From assembly GCA_951406725.2 (NCBI GenBank), contig OX597823.1, positions 114,824,001 to 114,888,000 on the forward strand: a DNA stretch of 64,000 nucleotides. The letters are read 5' to 3'. This document shows, piece after piece, positions 1 through 15,529 of this stretch (positions are counted from its first letter, which is position 1; each line of letters opens with the position of its first letter). The notes below the pieces were generated by a model. That model did no database searches and had not been told where the DNA came from. It saw only the letters and a program-made list of their open reading frames with translations. The position numbers were made by a program, and so were the translations under genes. The DNA is from Octopus vulgaris (taxonomy: Eukaryota).

Positions 1-846
1 CGAATGGGGCTTGGCATTTTATCTGTCTATTATAACAATCCTTTACACACACGCATATAAACATACACCGTCAGCCACTAGACCATAAGTGCTATTCACT
101 GCACTATACAACACCTACAGTGCTAAGCACGCTCTATATACTACCCTAAATAGTATACACTTAATTGAACATATTCTATACACTGTACAACAAACCACAG
201 CAAACAAACGGGTCAGATTTACATCTCATAATTCCGTATTAAGCAGATCAACCGCTGTTCATTGTAAAGTGAAAACCGGACCTCTGCATCCTTTATACCA
301 CAATCACGAAACAAACCATTCTTCCATCCCAGCATTCTTTTTGTTTACTTAACACTCCACGCAACCCTCCCTCACACAAAACCGCAACACAATGTAACGA
401 GATATTCGAAACTGTAGCTAATAAAATCGTAGTTTCCTGAACACCTAACAACATCACCGACGTGTTTCATTGTTTAAGAGCAGCGATATCTAAGGAAATA
501 TTTTGGTAAAAGTTATGAATTTCTACTAGAAGTTTCTCAAACTAAGAAGTAACATTGTTGATTTGGTTATGTTCTACAACAATCTATGATTTGGTTGTTC
601 TATAACTTATTCATATTCTTCTCACAGTTTTCAGACTGGAATCATTGACATAACTTAATAATGAAGGTTTGCTTCGATCGACGTATTCCATTTTAAGAAA
701 CTGTAAATCATTTAATACCTATGCGTGTGTGTGTGTGTGTGTGTGTGTATCTGTGCGCGCGGGTGTGTGAGTGTGAGGTGGGGAGAGTGTTACATCAGCA
801 TACTTGTATATTCATGCAAATATCTAGAATACGCATGCATATATGC

Positions 847-911
<65 letters not shown>

Positions 912-1276
912 CACACATATATATATACATATATATGTATATGTTTATAAATATATATATGTGTGTATATGTTTGTATATATATATATATATATATACGT
1001 ATATATATACATGTATGTATACATATGTATATGTCAATATATATATATGTTTATATATATATATCAAATCAAGCATATATATAAAAGCGCTGAATTATGT
1101 ATGTACATATAAAAGTCGCAGTACGTGTTTACGTCTCAGCTTACACGTAATGTTAAGACTTTCTCTTTGATTATCAATATTTATGCGTGTATGAATGTAA
1201 CTACATATATTCTTGCTTGTATGAATGAACAAATAACGTACGATGCCTCTGTTTGTGTGTGTGTGTATGTGCGTGT

Positions 1277-1320
<44 letters not shown>

Positions 1321-1859
1321 CTGTCTTTATAATTTAACTAGTAATGGACTTCTACTTTGTATTTACTCAACACTTTCTCTGTTCGTACTTTCAATAGTTT
1401 ACCACCGATAGGCAAACACTTCTTCTAAACCGGGCCGCCCGCAGGTTATATTCTCATACAATGGCACTGGCCAATATAATGTGTGAAGGACAATGGTCTA
1501 GGCAATGCTTCTTTTCTATTTGTGAAACCATTCTCTAGTGGATACGAACTAGTTCCAATAGAGGATCAATACATAAAAGGCGTGTAAGTCGGTTCTTTCC
1601 ACTTAAATGGTTGGCTTTTGTGAACAGAGAGCTGCTTCACTAACTTCTCTGCCATTCTTCCTTGTCTTCTAACAATCTGAACTATTTCTCCTTATTATTC
1701 CATGTAAAGAATAGAAAACGATTCGAAATCGATCCCCCGCAGTTATCTTTTTGTTTACAAATGAAGATATGTCTTCTTGCCTTCGTAGGAAGACAGATAA
1801 CTATGTCTTCTCGTACGTATGTACGCATATAGACGCATACGCAAAAACACATATAGACA

Positions 1860-2990
<1,131 letters not shown>

Positions 2991-4027
2991 CATATGAATA
3001 AATACTCTGAATTGATATCTAAAATATATCTTTTTGTAGAATGTATGATTAGCGGAGACTTAAAATAAATATGATAAAAATATATACATCAGAGTTAGTA
3101 TAATGATGTATTGATTTTTAAGTACTGTTACAAATTGAAATACATGCATATTTCATCTGAAGACTTCTTCGGGCACAATCGTGTTTCTAGCAGTCGGGCG
3201 TTTATGAAAAGAGATGAATAAGTAATGTTATCAACAACAGACTGCAAATAGAATTGTATCAGAATTGCTTCACTGTTCATATATATGATATATGCTTAGT
3301 ACGCTTCTGTATGACTGTAAAAGAGTTAATTTGTCCTATTGGGGTCGATAAATAAAGTACTTGTCCAGTGAAAGCGCATGGATTTTAGTGGTTACTATAT
3401 TTCTCTATTCTAGGCATAAGGCCCGAAATTTTTTGGATGGGGAGTTGGCCATTAGATCAACCCCAGTACGCAACTGGTACTTAATTTATCCACCCCGGAA
3501 AGATGAAAGGCAAAGTCGACTTCGGAGGAATTTGAACTCAGAAGGTAAAGACAGACGAAATACCGCTAAGCATTTCGCCCGACGTGCTAACGTGTCTTAT
3601 TTCTTTATTGCCTACAAGGGGCTACACACAGAGGGGACAAACAAGGACAGACAAAGGGATTAAGTCGATTACATCGACCCCAGTGCGTAACTGGTACTTA
3701 TTTAATCGACCACGAAAGGATGAAAGGCAAAGTCGACCTTGGTAGACGGAAACTAAAAGAAACCCGTCGTATATATCTATATGTGTCTTTGTGTCCGTGT
3801 TTATAGTGCACCACCGCTTGACAACCGGTCGTGGTGTGTTTATGTCTCCGTAACTTTGCAGTTCAGCAAGACAGACCGATAGAATAAGTACCAGGCTCAA
3901 CATAGTAAGTGCTAGAACCGATTCATTCGACTAAAAGATACTCCAATACGTGCCCCAGTATGGCCGCTGTGTGGTGACTGAAACAAGTAAAATATAAAAG
4001 ATACATACACACACACACACACACACG

Positions 4028-4061
<34 letters not shown>

Positions 4062-4148
4062 AGTATGTATATATATATACATATATATATAGAGAGAGAG
4101 AGAGTGAGAGATATGTGTATATATATATATGTGTGTGCGTATATATAT

Positions 4149-4239
<91 letters not shown>

Positions 4240-4962
4240 CCGAGAGGGAGAGAAAGAGGGAGGGAGAGAGACACAGATATGGACAAAGAAAGAGGAACGG
4301 ACGTAGAGGAGTAAGAAAAATAAATGAATGCCGTTTCTTTCTTTGTTGCTGTTTTTTGTTTTCTTTTTTGACAGATGTAAATTATTTTATGTATTAATAG
4401 AAATTAGAGGGAATATTGAATTAATTTGATGGATGGAATTATCATGATGGTGGCAACTAGCACGGTGATAATTAAATCCCTAGCTCTGTATGTAGAATTT
4501 ACCAGTTCTTTAAGAATTCATAATAGCAGAAATATGTATTCCTCTAATTGAAAGAGGTGCCAAACTTATGATATTTTAACACTGCAAATTTTATTGTTGT
4601 TGCTGTTGTTGTTGTTGTTGATGAAAATAATAATACTTTCTAATAAAGGTACAAGCCTTGACATCTGCGGACAGGGGACTAGTCGATTACATCGGTCCCC
4701 AGTGTTTCACTGGTACTTAATATATCAAACCCCCGAAAAGATGAAAGGGCAAAGTCGACCTCAGCGAAATTTGAACTCAGAACGTAAAGACGGACGAAAT
4801 GCCGCTATGCATTTTGTCTGGCGTGCTAACTATTCTGCCAGCTCGCCGCCTCATTAATAATAATAATAATAATAATAATAACAACAACAATAATTGACAC
4901 CGCCCAGATGCTGATTCACACCACCATCGGTTGTCAAGCGATGTTGGGGGGGACAAACACAA

Positions 4963-5014
<52 letters not shown>

Positions 5015-5016
<2 letters not shown>

Positions 5017-5215
5017 GTGACCGCGTGTGTACCGTTGGCGATTTTTTTTCCTCCGTCTTCCCTTCATTTGGATCTTTCCTTTTCCTATGTTTCTGACGAG
5101 GAGCTCCGCTCGAAACGTTAAACCCTCCTTCTTTTCTTAGCGTCTAATAATACTATACTTGTTCCACGTCCTCGCATTGTTGTGTTTTCTCTTTGTGTTT
5201 TCATGTTTGAATTAA
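5015..5215 (+). mobile_element. Solo family B pLTR-like element; other copies at about 20490-20690(-), 31305-31495(+), 58630-58840(-) and 62900-63080(+)
   Basis: Colinear GTTGGCGA...CTTCCCTT...HHR...CTGAGCG.C.AATAA.AC...TTGTTCCACGT; next to (TA)n tracts. Confidence 0.72.
5089..5123 (+). ncRNA. Minimal hammerhead motif (family B, PLE pLTR-like)
   Basis: GTTT-CTGACGA-G-GAGC-TCC-GCTC-GAAA-CGTT^-AAAC; stem III is reduced to the ACGT palindrome. Confidence 0.7.
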
Positions 5216-5695
5216 CTTTATATATATATACATACGACGGGCTTCTTTCAGTTTCCGTCTACCAAATCATCTCGCAAGGCTTTGGTCGGCTCGAGTCTAT
5301 AGTAGAAGACACTTGCCCAAGGGGCCCACTTAGAGGGACTGAACCCGGAACCATGTGGTTGGTAAGCAAGCTAGTTACCACACAGCCACTCGATATATGT
5401 ATTTTCATGCGTGCGTGTTTTCGGATAGTTAACCGCGGCCTAGCTAACAGCACTGAGTAATTAAGAATTCTATTTCGCTTTTATGAGGCCTTGGTTCAAT
5501 TCTACTGCGTGATTTATTACGCAGTTGTCTTTTGAATACTCAATAGCTTTCTTATAATTCAATCAGTCGGTTGTTCGGTTCCACGGACGATTCGAACTAA
5601 CATCGTTGAATGTGACAGAGATCCATTTACTTTCCTTTCATATTCATGTATGCATAGATACACGTGTGCGCACGCGTGTCTATGTAAATGTACTT

Positions 5696-5734
<39 letters not shown>

Positions 5735-5820
5735 AATATAAATAGATAGATTGATAGATGCCCGATATTTTTGAAAAGAACCATGTGTGTGTATATCTGC
5801 CTGTATGCATATATTTATGA

Positions 5821-5864
<44 letters not shown>

Positions 5865-6099
5865 TCATACATACCTACATATATATATATGTGTGTGTGT
5901 GTGTATGTATGTATTTATACAGCTTTATTTTTAAATATGCATCATCGAAGGATAACTAACCATGCTTTTCTTTTTCTTTTTTGTCTATTTTTGCTAAGGA
6001 TGTTTCATATTTCCCCATTAGTTGTTTATGTTTTTGTCTCTTGCGCACGGAACAATAAATTTCTGAGATCCATCGATGTTTAATAACCAAGGGAGCTTA

Positions 6100-6720
6100 G
6101 ATAAAAATTTCAGGTGATTCAAAAACGGCATTTTTAGATGTAAACGTAATAAGGAGGAACAGCTAGATATACGTTAGCAGCGCTCATAAAAACTTTTACA
6201 AGCATGCAGATATTTAATGTCCACACCGATGTAAAACGTCAGTTATAAATTATCTGCTGAGAAGAGTTTTTCGATTCTACTCCACAAAAGAAGTACAACA
6301 GAGGAAAATTTACAGAAAAACTACAAAAGCTATTTAATAACGCATATTCAAATAAATTATGAGACCAAGTTATGAAGAATACAGAAACAATACTGGCACA
6401 ATAAACACAATAAAGCAAGCATATATAAAGTGTGTTGTTATATAAACGAAGTGTACATTGGTTGCAGAATAGATGAGCAGCTTAACAAAGCGCCATCAAA
6501 CTAAACGTAGCAATCATTATGCCCAAATATAACGTGGCTTTAATATTTTGTTATAAAAATTTTTTAATGAATTAAACATTTCCTCATCGACAACAAAATA
6601 TATAGCTGCAGAACAAACAAAAATAGAGTTAAATTAATCTAACGTGCCTCTCGATGCATGACAAGAAAATTCAAATCTAAATTCACAGCTGAATTACCCA
6701 CCCCAATAAAAGTAAAGGAC
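6100..6720 (+). pseudogene. Decayed Penelope-like RT thumb plus GIY-YIG endonuclease
   Basis: AFLDVNVIRR (6128), KTSVINYLLRRVFRFYS, LFNNAYS, then SIYKVCCYINEVYIG (6418-6462, GIY-x9-YIG). Stops and frameshifts present. Confidence 0.65.
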
Positions 6721-8987
6721 ATCAGTAATATTGATTCTGAAACTGTGTGCCACGGCACGCTGCTCTACTGCAAAGGGGTGCTCACGTGTGCCACTGATTT
6801 TTAGAAGTATAATTTATGGTTTTATAAAAAATCTTTACAAATATCTTAACGTTCTAAGAAACCTATTTTTAATTCTATTCTTCACGAAAATATATTCTCC
6901 GATATTTTTCCTTAATTTTTTGCTCTTTATTACATGTTTGTTTTAAAAACTAACCACGTGAAACGTGCCAATATTTTATTTTATTTTATTATTTTTTAAA
7001 ATTTTTAGTCTCTGGTGTGCCAAGAAGAGGAAAAAAAACATTAAGTACCACTTTTGTGAAGTCTCAACGGAAATACAATTCAGCGCCAGGAAATTTAAGA
7101 AAATTTATATACAAAAAAGAAAATATATAGAATACACCGGTCAGCTGTACTTTTATCACATTAGGCCAATTGAGAATTCGTACATTGCAGCTCAACTTGT
7201 AAGAAATAGCAACTAAATTACCTGAAAATCTATGCTCTTTAAAACGAAAGAACACATAAATAAGGTAGTCCTATATGGAGGGTTTGGCCAGGTTGTAATG
7301 TCCCTGATCATTTTGCTCGATCAGAGTTTTATGGGTTAAACAACAATACATGAAGACACTGAAAAATAATACTTTATTTAATAAGAAAATACTAAAAATA
7401 ACTACAAATTGTGTCAATAACGGCCACTCGATGTTACATGTTTCATATTTCTACTTTAACGTAGTGTATTTGAACACAGTAATTAAACTGCTTTTCCACT
7501 TGTTAAGTATTTTCGCAACGTCAGCTTCGAAAGAGCAAAGTGACCAGATGAGGCAGGAATGCAAAAGAGATGCTGAACGGTGATAAACTTGACTCTTTGC
7601 GACAATCAGTAAAAATGATAAATAAACCTCTGAGTCAAACAAATTTACAAACGTCTAAAAAAGTTTTGGGACCGGTAAATAATGATTCCGGGATCTAATG
7701 AAATCTCTCTCACTTCAGGAGCTTCATACACACTCGTAACTCTTCGTTATTCGAGAAAGAAAAAACGTCTCAGAAGAATATATAACTTAACATACAAGAC
7801 GTGCACACATACACACACAGACAGACATTCTACTCTCCTACTCACAGCACAAATTAGAACAACTACACTCGGTGACTAGACATAGTCTTCATCTACCAAG
7901 GTTGCTCATACACCTGTACTTGTATGCACAGGCCGGTAATATTTTTGAGAAGAACTGATAGCTACCTTTGTATGCAAGTCTCATTTTTCTAACTATATAT
8001 AGAGGAAAGGTCAACGACTTACGCTTATAAAGTTTGAGTGCTGGTCATTTGGCAGGCGTTGCTGTTAGAATACAATCATTTAGAACAAATATCGCAAGGC
8101 GTCTTGCCCTCTAAATATTCCCCAATTCATCATCCTCCATTGGTGCATTTTATCGGTACCCAAAAGGATGAAATAAATGCTAGGTTGTCCTCGATGAGAT
8201 TTGAACCCAGGTGCAGAAAGTCAAAACAAATACAATAAAACGATGTATTCAATATTCTAACGATCCGGATAGTTCACCACTTCGCCACTAAATAATCGTA
8301 CAAGAAGAAAAGATTGCCGCTTCAACAACAATAACAACAGCAACAACAACTACATGGAAAACCCTGAATGTACCATTCTAACAGAAAACTACAGAGGTAA
8401 AGCTTTCCATATCATTCCACTTTGTTGAATAACCCCTTAAAGGAAAACGATAAAAGGCTGACTGGGGAAATATCTCTTACGTACATACACACACACACAC
8501 ACACACACAAGCGCACGTACATTCTAGCGTCATATATAGACATACATGTAAACACATACATGACTCAAACTGCAAGCATACGTTAGCAGACACATACACA
8601 CACATGTACAACAAACATACAAATACAACAAACGAATAGAAAACATAGCCTGAGAGGAGCAACACGCACACGCACCCATAAGCACACACACACCTACATA
8701 ATAAATGCTTAGTGATACATACACAATTTACAATATATATATATGATTCATAGCAAAAGAATGAAGCATCACTACACAGCGTAAGAACTCTCTTAGAGCA
8801 TTTAAGAATGGTTCTCTAAGAGAGACCAATTTTTTGGCCATCAAAACATCATACAGTCTTCGTTTTGGCGCGCCAAATCGAAGACTTTTGAAAGATAACC
8901 CCAAATGTATTTGGTAGAACTATATACATGTTCAATCTCATGCGGACGTTTCGTATATAGTTCTGCAAATTATATTATGCTATGACG

Positions 8988-9058
8988 ATCACACTGATGA
9001 GTTACGGACATCTACGTAAGTGATTACGTAAGTGGTAACAAAAAAACGGGTCTGTGAT
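8988..9058 (+). ncRNA. Degenerate type I hammerhead motif
   Basis: ATCACA-CTGATGA-GTTAC...GTAAC-AAAAAAA-CGGG-TC-TGTGAT; 6-bp stem I and 5-bp stem II, but GAAA is replaced by an A-run. Confidence 0.6.
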
Positions 9059-9222
9059 TAATCTGTATATTTTGTATCTTTTCATTTGTCTTGCTCGCTC
9101 ACGTTCAGGAGTTTGCTAAATTTTCTTGAGAACATTCCTTTTTTAGTGGTAAGACCATAGGGGGTATACATCTAGCATATGGATGTCCACTTAGTGGTCA
9201 TCCCTCTTATATATATATACAT

Positions 9223-9263
<41 letters not shown>

Positions 9264-9307
9264 TCTCTCTATATATATATGTGTGTGTGCGTGTGTGTGT
9301 GTGTATA

Positions 9308-9620
9308 CTGTTGTGTCTAGGGAGAGTCATTCTCTTTTAGTGCTTTATATTTTACACGCTCACGGTAAAATTTCCACTCCTTTATCTATTTTTCTAAAAT
9401 TTTTGTTGCGTCTTGCAACGTTCTCAACAACTATTGAAAAGGTGGCAAGACACAACGAAACTTTTAGAAAAATAAATAAGTAAATGAATGGAAATTTTAC
9501 CGGTGAGTGTGTCAAATTATCAAGCACTAAAAGAGAATGACTCTCCCCAGACACAACAGAATATGCTTCAACACACAAACTCACACAAAGAATCCTGAAG
9601 ACCAAATCCAAAAACGAAAT
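9308..9620. mobile_element. Fold-back repeat (about 120-bp arms, 9308-9559); relatives at 34085-34290 and 38560-38805
   Basis: CTGTTGTGTCTAGGGAGAGTCATTCTC ... GAGAATGACTCTCCCCAGACACAACAG, with an unpaired extension on one side. Confidence 0.75.
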
Positions 9621-9756
9621 ATATATATGTGTGAGTGGGGAGTATATCTGCCTCTGTGAGCATGCGCCCGCATTTTTATATATATCTATCCATCCATCTA
9701 TCTATCTGTCTGTTTGTCTGTCTATATATCTATTTATCCATGTATCTGTGTATCGA

Positions 9757-9793
<37 letters not shown>

Positions 9794-9817
9794 CTCTCTT
9801 TATATATATATATAAAA

Positions 9818-10035
9818 AATGGGACAAGAACGCAAAACATCTAGACAGATGATTAAAAATAAGGACAACAAAACATCCAGATAGACGATGCAAGGAAAAC
9901 AAGGACAGGTCATTCGGAGTTTTCTTTCCTTAGTCGAGTTCCAGATTATCTTTGCAATTTCGGCTGGTTATACTCGAGATTGCTCCAATCTGGCCAGCCT
10001 CAACGAAAAACAAGGACGGAAAAAAAATCGGAGAA
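9818..10035. mobile_element. Unclassified dispersed repeat (homolog in opposite orientation at 58885-59125)
   Basis: TTTCGGCTG...GAGATTGCTCC.ATCTGGCCAGCC shared by both copies; both abut (TA)n. Confidence 0.65.
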
Positions 10036-10101
10036 TGTTACACAAATACACAGATAGAAAGATACATAGGTTGACAGACTGATATATATATATATATCAG
10101 T

Positions 10102-10193
<92 letters not shown>

Positions 10194-10224
10194 TGGTAGC
10201 CTGGCTCAAGCTTTCGAACATTGC

Positions 10225-10316
<92 letters not shown>

Positions 10317-12629
10317 TTATGTATATATATATACGTGTGTATGTATGTATGTATGTGTATGTATGTATGTATGTATGTATGTATGTATACTCGAATGTAT
10401 ATCTATACCCACGGCCTGCACGGAGAGAAACATTTTACACCACAAAGAACCCTTTGCTGTTTAAAATAATTAATTCTATAAATACACGGAACATGTGTTA
10501 CACAGCGCCCCCTTTGAGCTAACTCATGTTTATGCATGCTTACACACACAACACTCGTAACCAACATACGCACGTATACACTACTTCCACAATTATACAG
10601 CCACATATAAACATAAAAGGCTTTCACGCCTAATTAAACATGTAATTAGACACAAATTATGTATGCGTGTATAGGCGTATATGTGTGTGTATGTGTGAGT
10701 GTGTGTGTGTCTGTGTGTGCGCGCGTGTACACGTGCACACATTTATCAACGGCCTCAAAAATATATGCCGACATATCTCATACTTATCATTTCAAGTAGA
10801 TCTGTCTATCTTCACACGTAGGTACGAGTTTATGTGTGGATGTGTATTGGTGTGTGTGTGTGTGTGTGCTCATAAACATATATATATATCTGCCGTGCAG
10901 TGATCCATGCACACGTACTAATACATACATACATATATGTATATGTACATACACTCTTACATTCATTCATACATACATGCATACATACATTCATACATAC
11001 CTAAATACATACGTTCATATATATATACATACTTACACACATACATTCATACATACGCACATACTTGCATACATACCTAGATACATACATGCACACACAT
11101 ACATACACACATACACACATACATACATACATACATACATACATACATACATACATACACACATACACACATACACACATACATACATACATACATACAT
11201 ATATACATACATACATACATACATACATACATACAAAAACATCGTGTTGATGTTGAAATTCTAATGAAGGAGCCTTGGATCTAGGAATCTTGAAATCTGG
11301 TTTGAATATTTGTAAGAGAGTTTTACTAAAAAGTATCAGAAGACTTCGTTTTTATATAACTGTTGTTGTCTTTTGACCCCAAGTTAGCCCTGATCAAGCA
11401 GAAATATAATCAAAAACATTCCATTAGTGACCATCACCTTCCTCTATATGCATGGCACCTTGGCATCGTCTTATATAACCTGTCGTTTTCTTAGTGTGCA
11501 GATTAGCGAGATAAGCGAGATTTGGCTACTATTTCTAGAATGTCGTGTACCGACGTAGAAACTCACTTTTTGGCCCGTGGTGGTAGTGATATTTGTGGTG
11601 GGTTGGTAACAGCGGCGTATTCAGTAGCGATACAGAAAAATTGTTACGGTAATAAGCACCAATAGTGGTTCTAAGTCATGAGAATTTTCAGTAATGCTGC
11701 TATGCTGCAATCCTATGGCGCTTATAGAAATGAAAGACAAAACTACCACTGAAAAAGAGATCAATACTGTAACATTCACAAGCGTTCTGCTAAATATTCT
11801 CAAGGACTTGATGAATCTTAAGCAATGTCCAATTCTGTCATCTACTGATAATTTTTTCTTGATTCTACTTTCATCTATTGGCACTAGGTCTGAAATATTG
11901 GGACTGAGCCTTCTCAATGATATCGACCTCTTGTCTTCCGCTGTCATTTATTCCATCGATCCCGAAAAGGATTAAAAGGCAAAGTCGTCCTTGGAGGAAT
12001 AAGAAAGAAACCGGAGGAAATGCCTTTGAGCATTTTGTCCAACGATTCTGTCAGTTGCCCGCCTTCTGTCATCTACTCATAATCTTTCCTTATTTTGACA
12101 CAAAACCAGCAATTTTTGAGGAGCTGGAGAAGTAGATTTCATCGACCCCAGAGCTCAACTGGTACTTCCTTTATCGACTTCCATATGATGAAAGGCAAAG
12201 ACGCGCGAAATGACGCTAAGCATTTTAACCGGAAGTACTAACGATTCTGCCAGCACGCAGCCTTTCAACAGTTAAATATAGAAATTTTTCTCAACATTCT
12301 TTAGTAGACTTTCTATATTTAATGGAGCTTTATACCCTCATGGTGGAGATATACAATGACTAACTTCTCTATACTTTCGCTCTGGAAAGTGTTAACCTTC
12401 GCCAGAATCACTTGTTTCAGTAGAATGGATACAGTTAGACAAAAAGCACTGGACTATTGCAGATAAGAGATAAGGTCTCCTGTTTACCGTGAACTGACGT
12501 ATAGTGACCTAAGCAGAATGAAGGGAGTTGCTAAGCAACAATTTCGAACTAACAATGGTGGAATATGATCTCATAACTAGTTTAAATATACGCTAGAAAC
12601 CTGATGTATAATATTGCATGACGCGCACA

Positions 12630-13422
12630 CTCATGTATATATGCGTGTATGTATGCATGCATGTATGTTTGTATGTATGTATGTATGTATGTATGCGTGT
12701 ATGTATGCATACATCTGTTTGTATGTTTGTATGTAAGTATGTATGTATGTATTTATGTATGTATGTATGTACGTATGTTTGCATGTATGTATGTATGTTA
12801 TATTATGTATGTATGTGTGTATGTATGCATGTATGTATGTTATGTATGTATGTATGTATGTTTGTATGTATGTATGTGTGTATGTATGTGTGTATATATG
12901 TATGAACGTATGTTATGTATGTATGTATGTATGTATGTTTGTATATTTGTGTGTTTGTATGTATGTTATGTATGTATGTATGTACGTATTTATGTATGTA
13001 TGTATGTATATATGTATGTATGTGTATGTATGTATGCATGTATGTATGTATGTATGTATGTATGTGTATGTATGTGTGTATGTATGTATGTGTGTATGTA
13101 TGTATGTATGTATGTATATGTGTGTGTATGTATGCATGTATGTATGTTTGTATATTTGTGTGTTTGTATGTATGTTATGTATGTATGTATGTACGTATTT
13201 ATGTATGTATGTATATATGTATGTATGTGTGTGTATGTATGTGTGTGTATGTATGTATGTATGCATGTATGTATGCATGTATGTATGTATGTATGTATGT
13301 ATGTATGTATGTATGTATGTGTATGTATGTGTGTATGTATGTATGTATGTGTGTATGTATGTATGTGTGTATGTATGCGTGTATGTATGTATGTGTGTAT
13401 GTATGTATGTATGTATGTATGT
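12630..13422. repeat. (TATG)n tetranucleotide array
   Basis: Direct inspection. Confidence 0.95.
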
Positions 13423-14039
13423 ATAACTTAAGGAGATATCAGTAGCGTTAAGCAGCTAGGGGAGATAAGTGTGCTACGACAGCTCTTAAACTGGTTATAT
13501 AATGATTACTTAAATGTCGATCTATTATATCTGCTAACGCTTAGCGATTCAATGGACCAGTACACTTCACATCAAACATGGTGACATTTGCAGTCTGTGT
13601 CTTAACAGACAGCACTTCCATGTTGTATCTAGTCAATATTTACACATTTTCTTGTCCTATTTAACACACACTCCTGCATTTATCTATTTTGCATCTTCAA
13701 CTAATGTTTCACTCCACACATCTACGCAATCTGTTTATCTATATTATATCTACGAGTTGTTGACCTTCGACAATACATAAAGCCGTGTCTTCTGTGTAGA
13801 TGTTACATCGTGAATCTATTTCACTGATCTCTCCAAAGCCATTCAATAAACGGATCTATTTAGCTGATCTATCGAAACTGTGTCTCTTTCATATCTACAT
13901 CATCAACGTCGTTTGTTGACTCATCTCGTTCACATCTTCACATGTTCTCTGTATATTTAGCCTGTGTCGAATTTGGCGACTTTCCATAGAATCATTCTGA
14001 TGATGAAGAGAAAAAGAGTGAAGGATTATTATTATTATT

Positions 14040-14095
<56 letters not shown>

Positions 14096-14275
14096 TATCA
14101 TCATCATCATCATTAGGCGTAGGAGAGGCTGCGTGGTAAGAAGTTTGCTTCCCAGCCACGTAGTTCTGTGTTCAGTCCCACTGCGTGGCACCTTGAGCAA
14201 GTGTCTTCTACTGTAGCCTCGGGCCGACCAAGCCTTCTGAGTGGATTTAGCAGAAACTGAACGAAACTCGTCTTA

Positions 14276-14343
<68 letters not shown>

Positions 14344-14345
<2 letters not shown>

Positions 14346-14493
14346 GGAGTAAACACATAAATGTGAAACAAGGTGGAAAAAAGAGTACTCAAATACCAGT
14401 GGTAGAGTAATATGCTTTATTTAAAGCAGCAGAAAATTCAACAAAACCTGTTACTCTGAGTTTCCCGTTGCTGTTCATCGGACAGTTTTTGCT
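14344..14493 (-). mobile_element. Family C HHR element inserted in the (TA)n of a SINE; relatives at about 59360-59545 and 63600-63680, and end fragments at 49208-49216 and 50114-50130
   Basis: Shared CCGGAGTAA(A/G)CACATAA end and AAAGCAGCAGAAA...CTGTTACTC block. Confidence 0.6.
14448..14485 (-). ncRNA. Hammerhead-like motif, U4C variant (family C)
   Basis: Minus strand: CTGT-CCGATGA-ACAGCAACGG-GAAA-CTCAGAG-TA^-ACAG. The homolog at 63635-63672 shows stem II as ACG-GGAA-CGT. Confidence 0.65.
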
Positions 14494-14764
14494 ATATATA
14501 TATATATATATATGCATGTATGTATGTATATCTATGTGTGCGTGTCTGTGTTTGTTTTCCCATCATCACTTGACAACCGGTGTTGGTGTGTTTACCTAAC
14601 GGTTCGCCAAAGGAGACCGATAGAATTAAATACCTGGCTTAAAAAATAAGTACTGGGGTCGATTCTTTCGACTAAAAATTCAAGGTGGTGCCCCAGCATG
14701 GCCGCAGTCTAATGACTGAAACAATTAAAACATAAAAGGTGAAAGATTATTATTATTATTATTA

Positions 14765-14804
<40 letters not shown>

Positions 14805-15283
14805 TATTATTGTTATTGTTGTTGTTATCATCATTATTATTATTATTATAGATTATTGTTGTTGTTATTATTATTATTACTACCATCATCATTATTATTA
14901 TTATTGTTATTATTGTTGTTGTTGTGGTTGATGTTGTTGTTATTATTATCATTATTATTATTATTATTACTATCATTATTATTATTATTATTATTATAGA
15001 TTATTATTATTATTGTTGTTGTTTTTGATTTTATGGCCGCGCCGGACGAAGTGCTTTGCGGCATTTCTTTCTGGCTTCACGTTCTGAGTTCAAATGTCGG
15101 TGCAGTCAACTTTGCCTTTCATCGTTTCGAAGTCGATAAAACAAGTACTCTTTGAGGAATGGGGCCGAGGTAATCGACCCCGCCTCCACAAAAAAAAAAA
15201 AAAATTCAGGCCTTATTCCAACCGTAGAAAGAATTATCATGATTAATGCTGTTATCATCATCATCATCAACATCATCATCAAT

Positions 15284-15327
<44 letters not shown>

Positions 15328-15372
15328 CCTCATCATCATCATCAACAACATCATCATCATCACCATCATCAC

Positions 15373-15416
<44 letters not shown>

Positions 15417-15529
15417 ACATCATCATCAACATCATCATTATCATTATTATTGTTTTCTTTTTTTTTTTGGTCTAACAATGTTGTTTAACCAGTTTGGGGT
15501 TACAAGATAGCAAGTATAATCGTGTCAGT

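Noticed and set aside
9590-9625. CTGAAGA...GAAATATATA in the fold-back family
   Set aside because: No stem I or II, and it is not conserved in the 38.6 kb copy.
13500-13990. Possible very old RT remnant on the minus strand (YTEDTAL resembling YADDT); weak APE-like hints at 18330-19130
   Set aside because: Single weak motifs that cannot be supported without a profile search.
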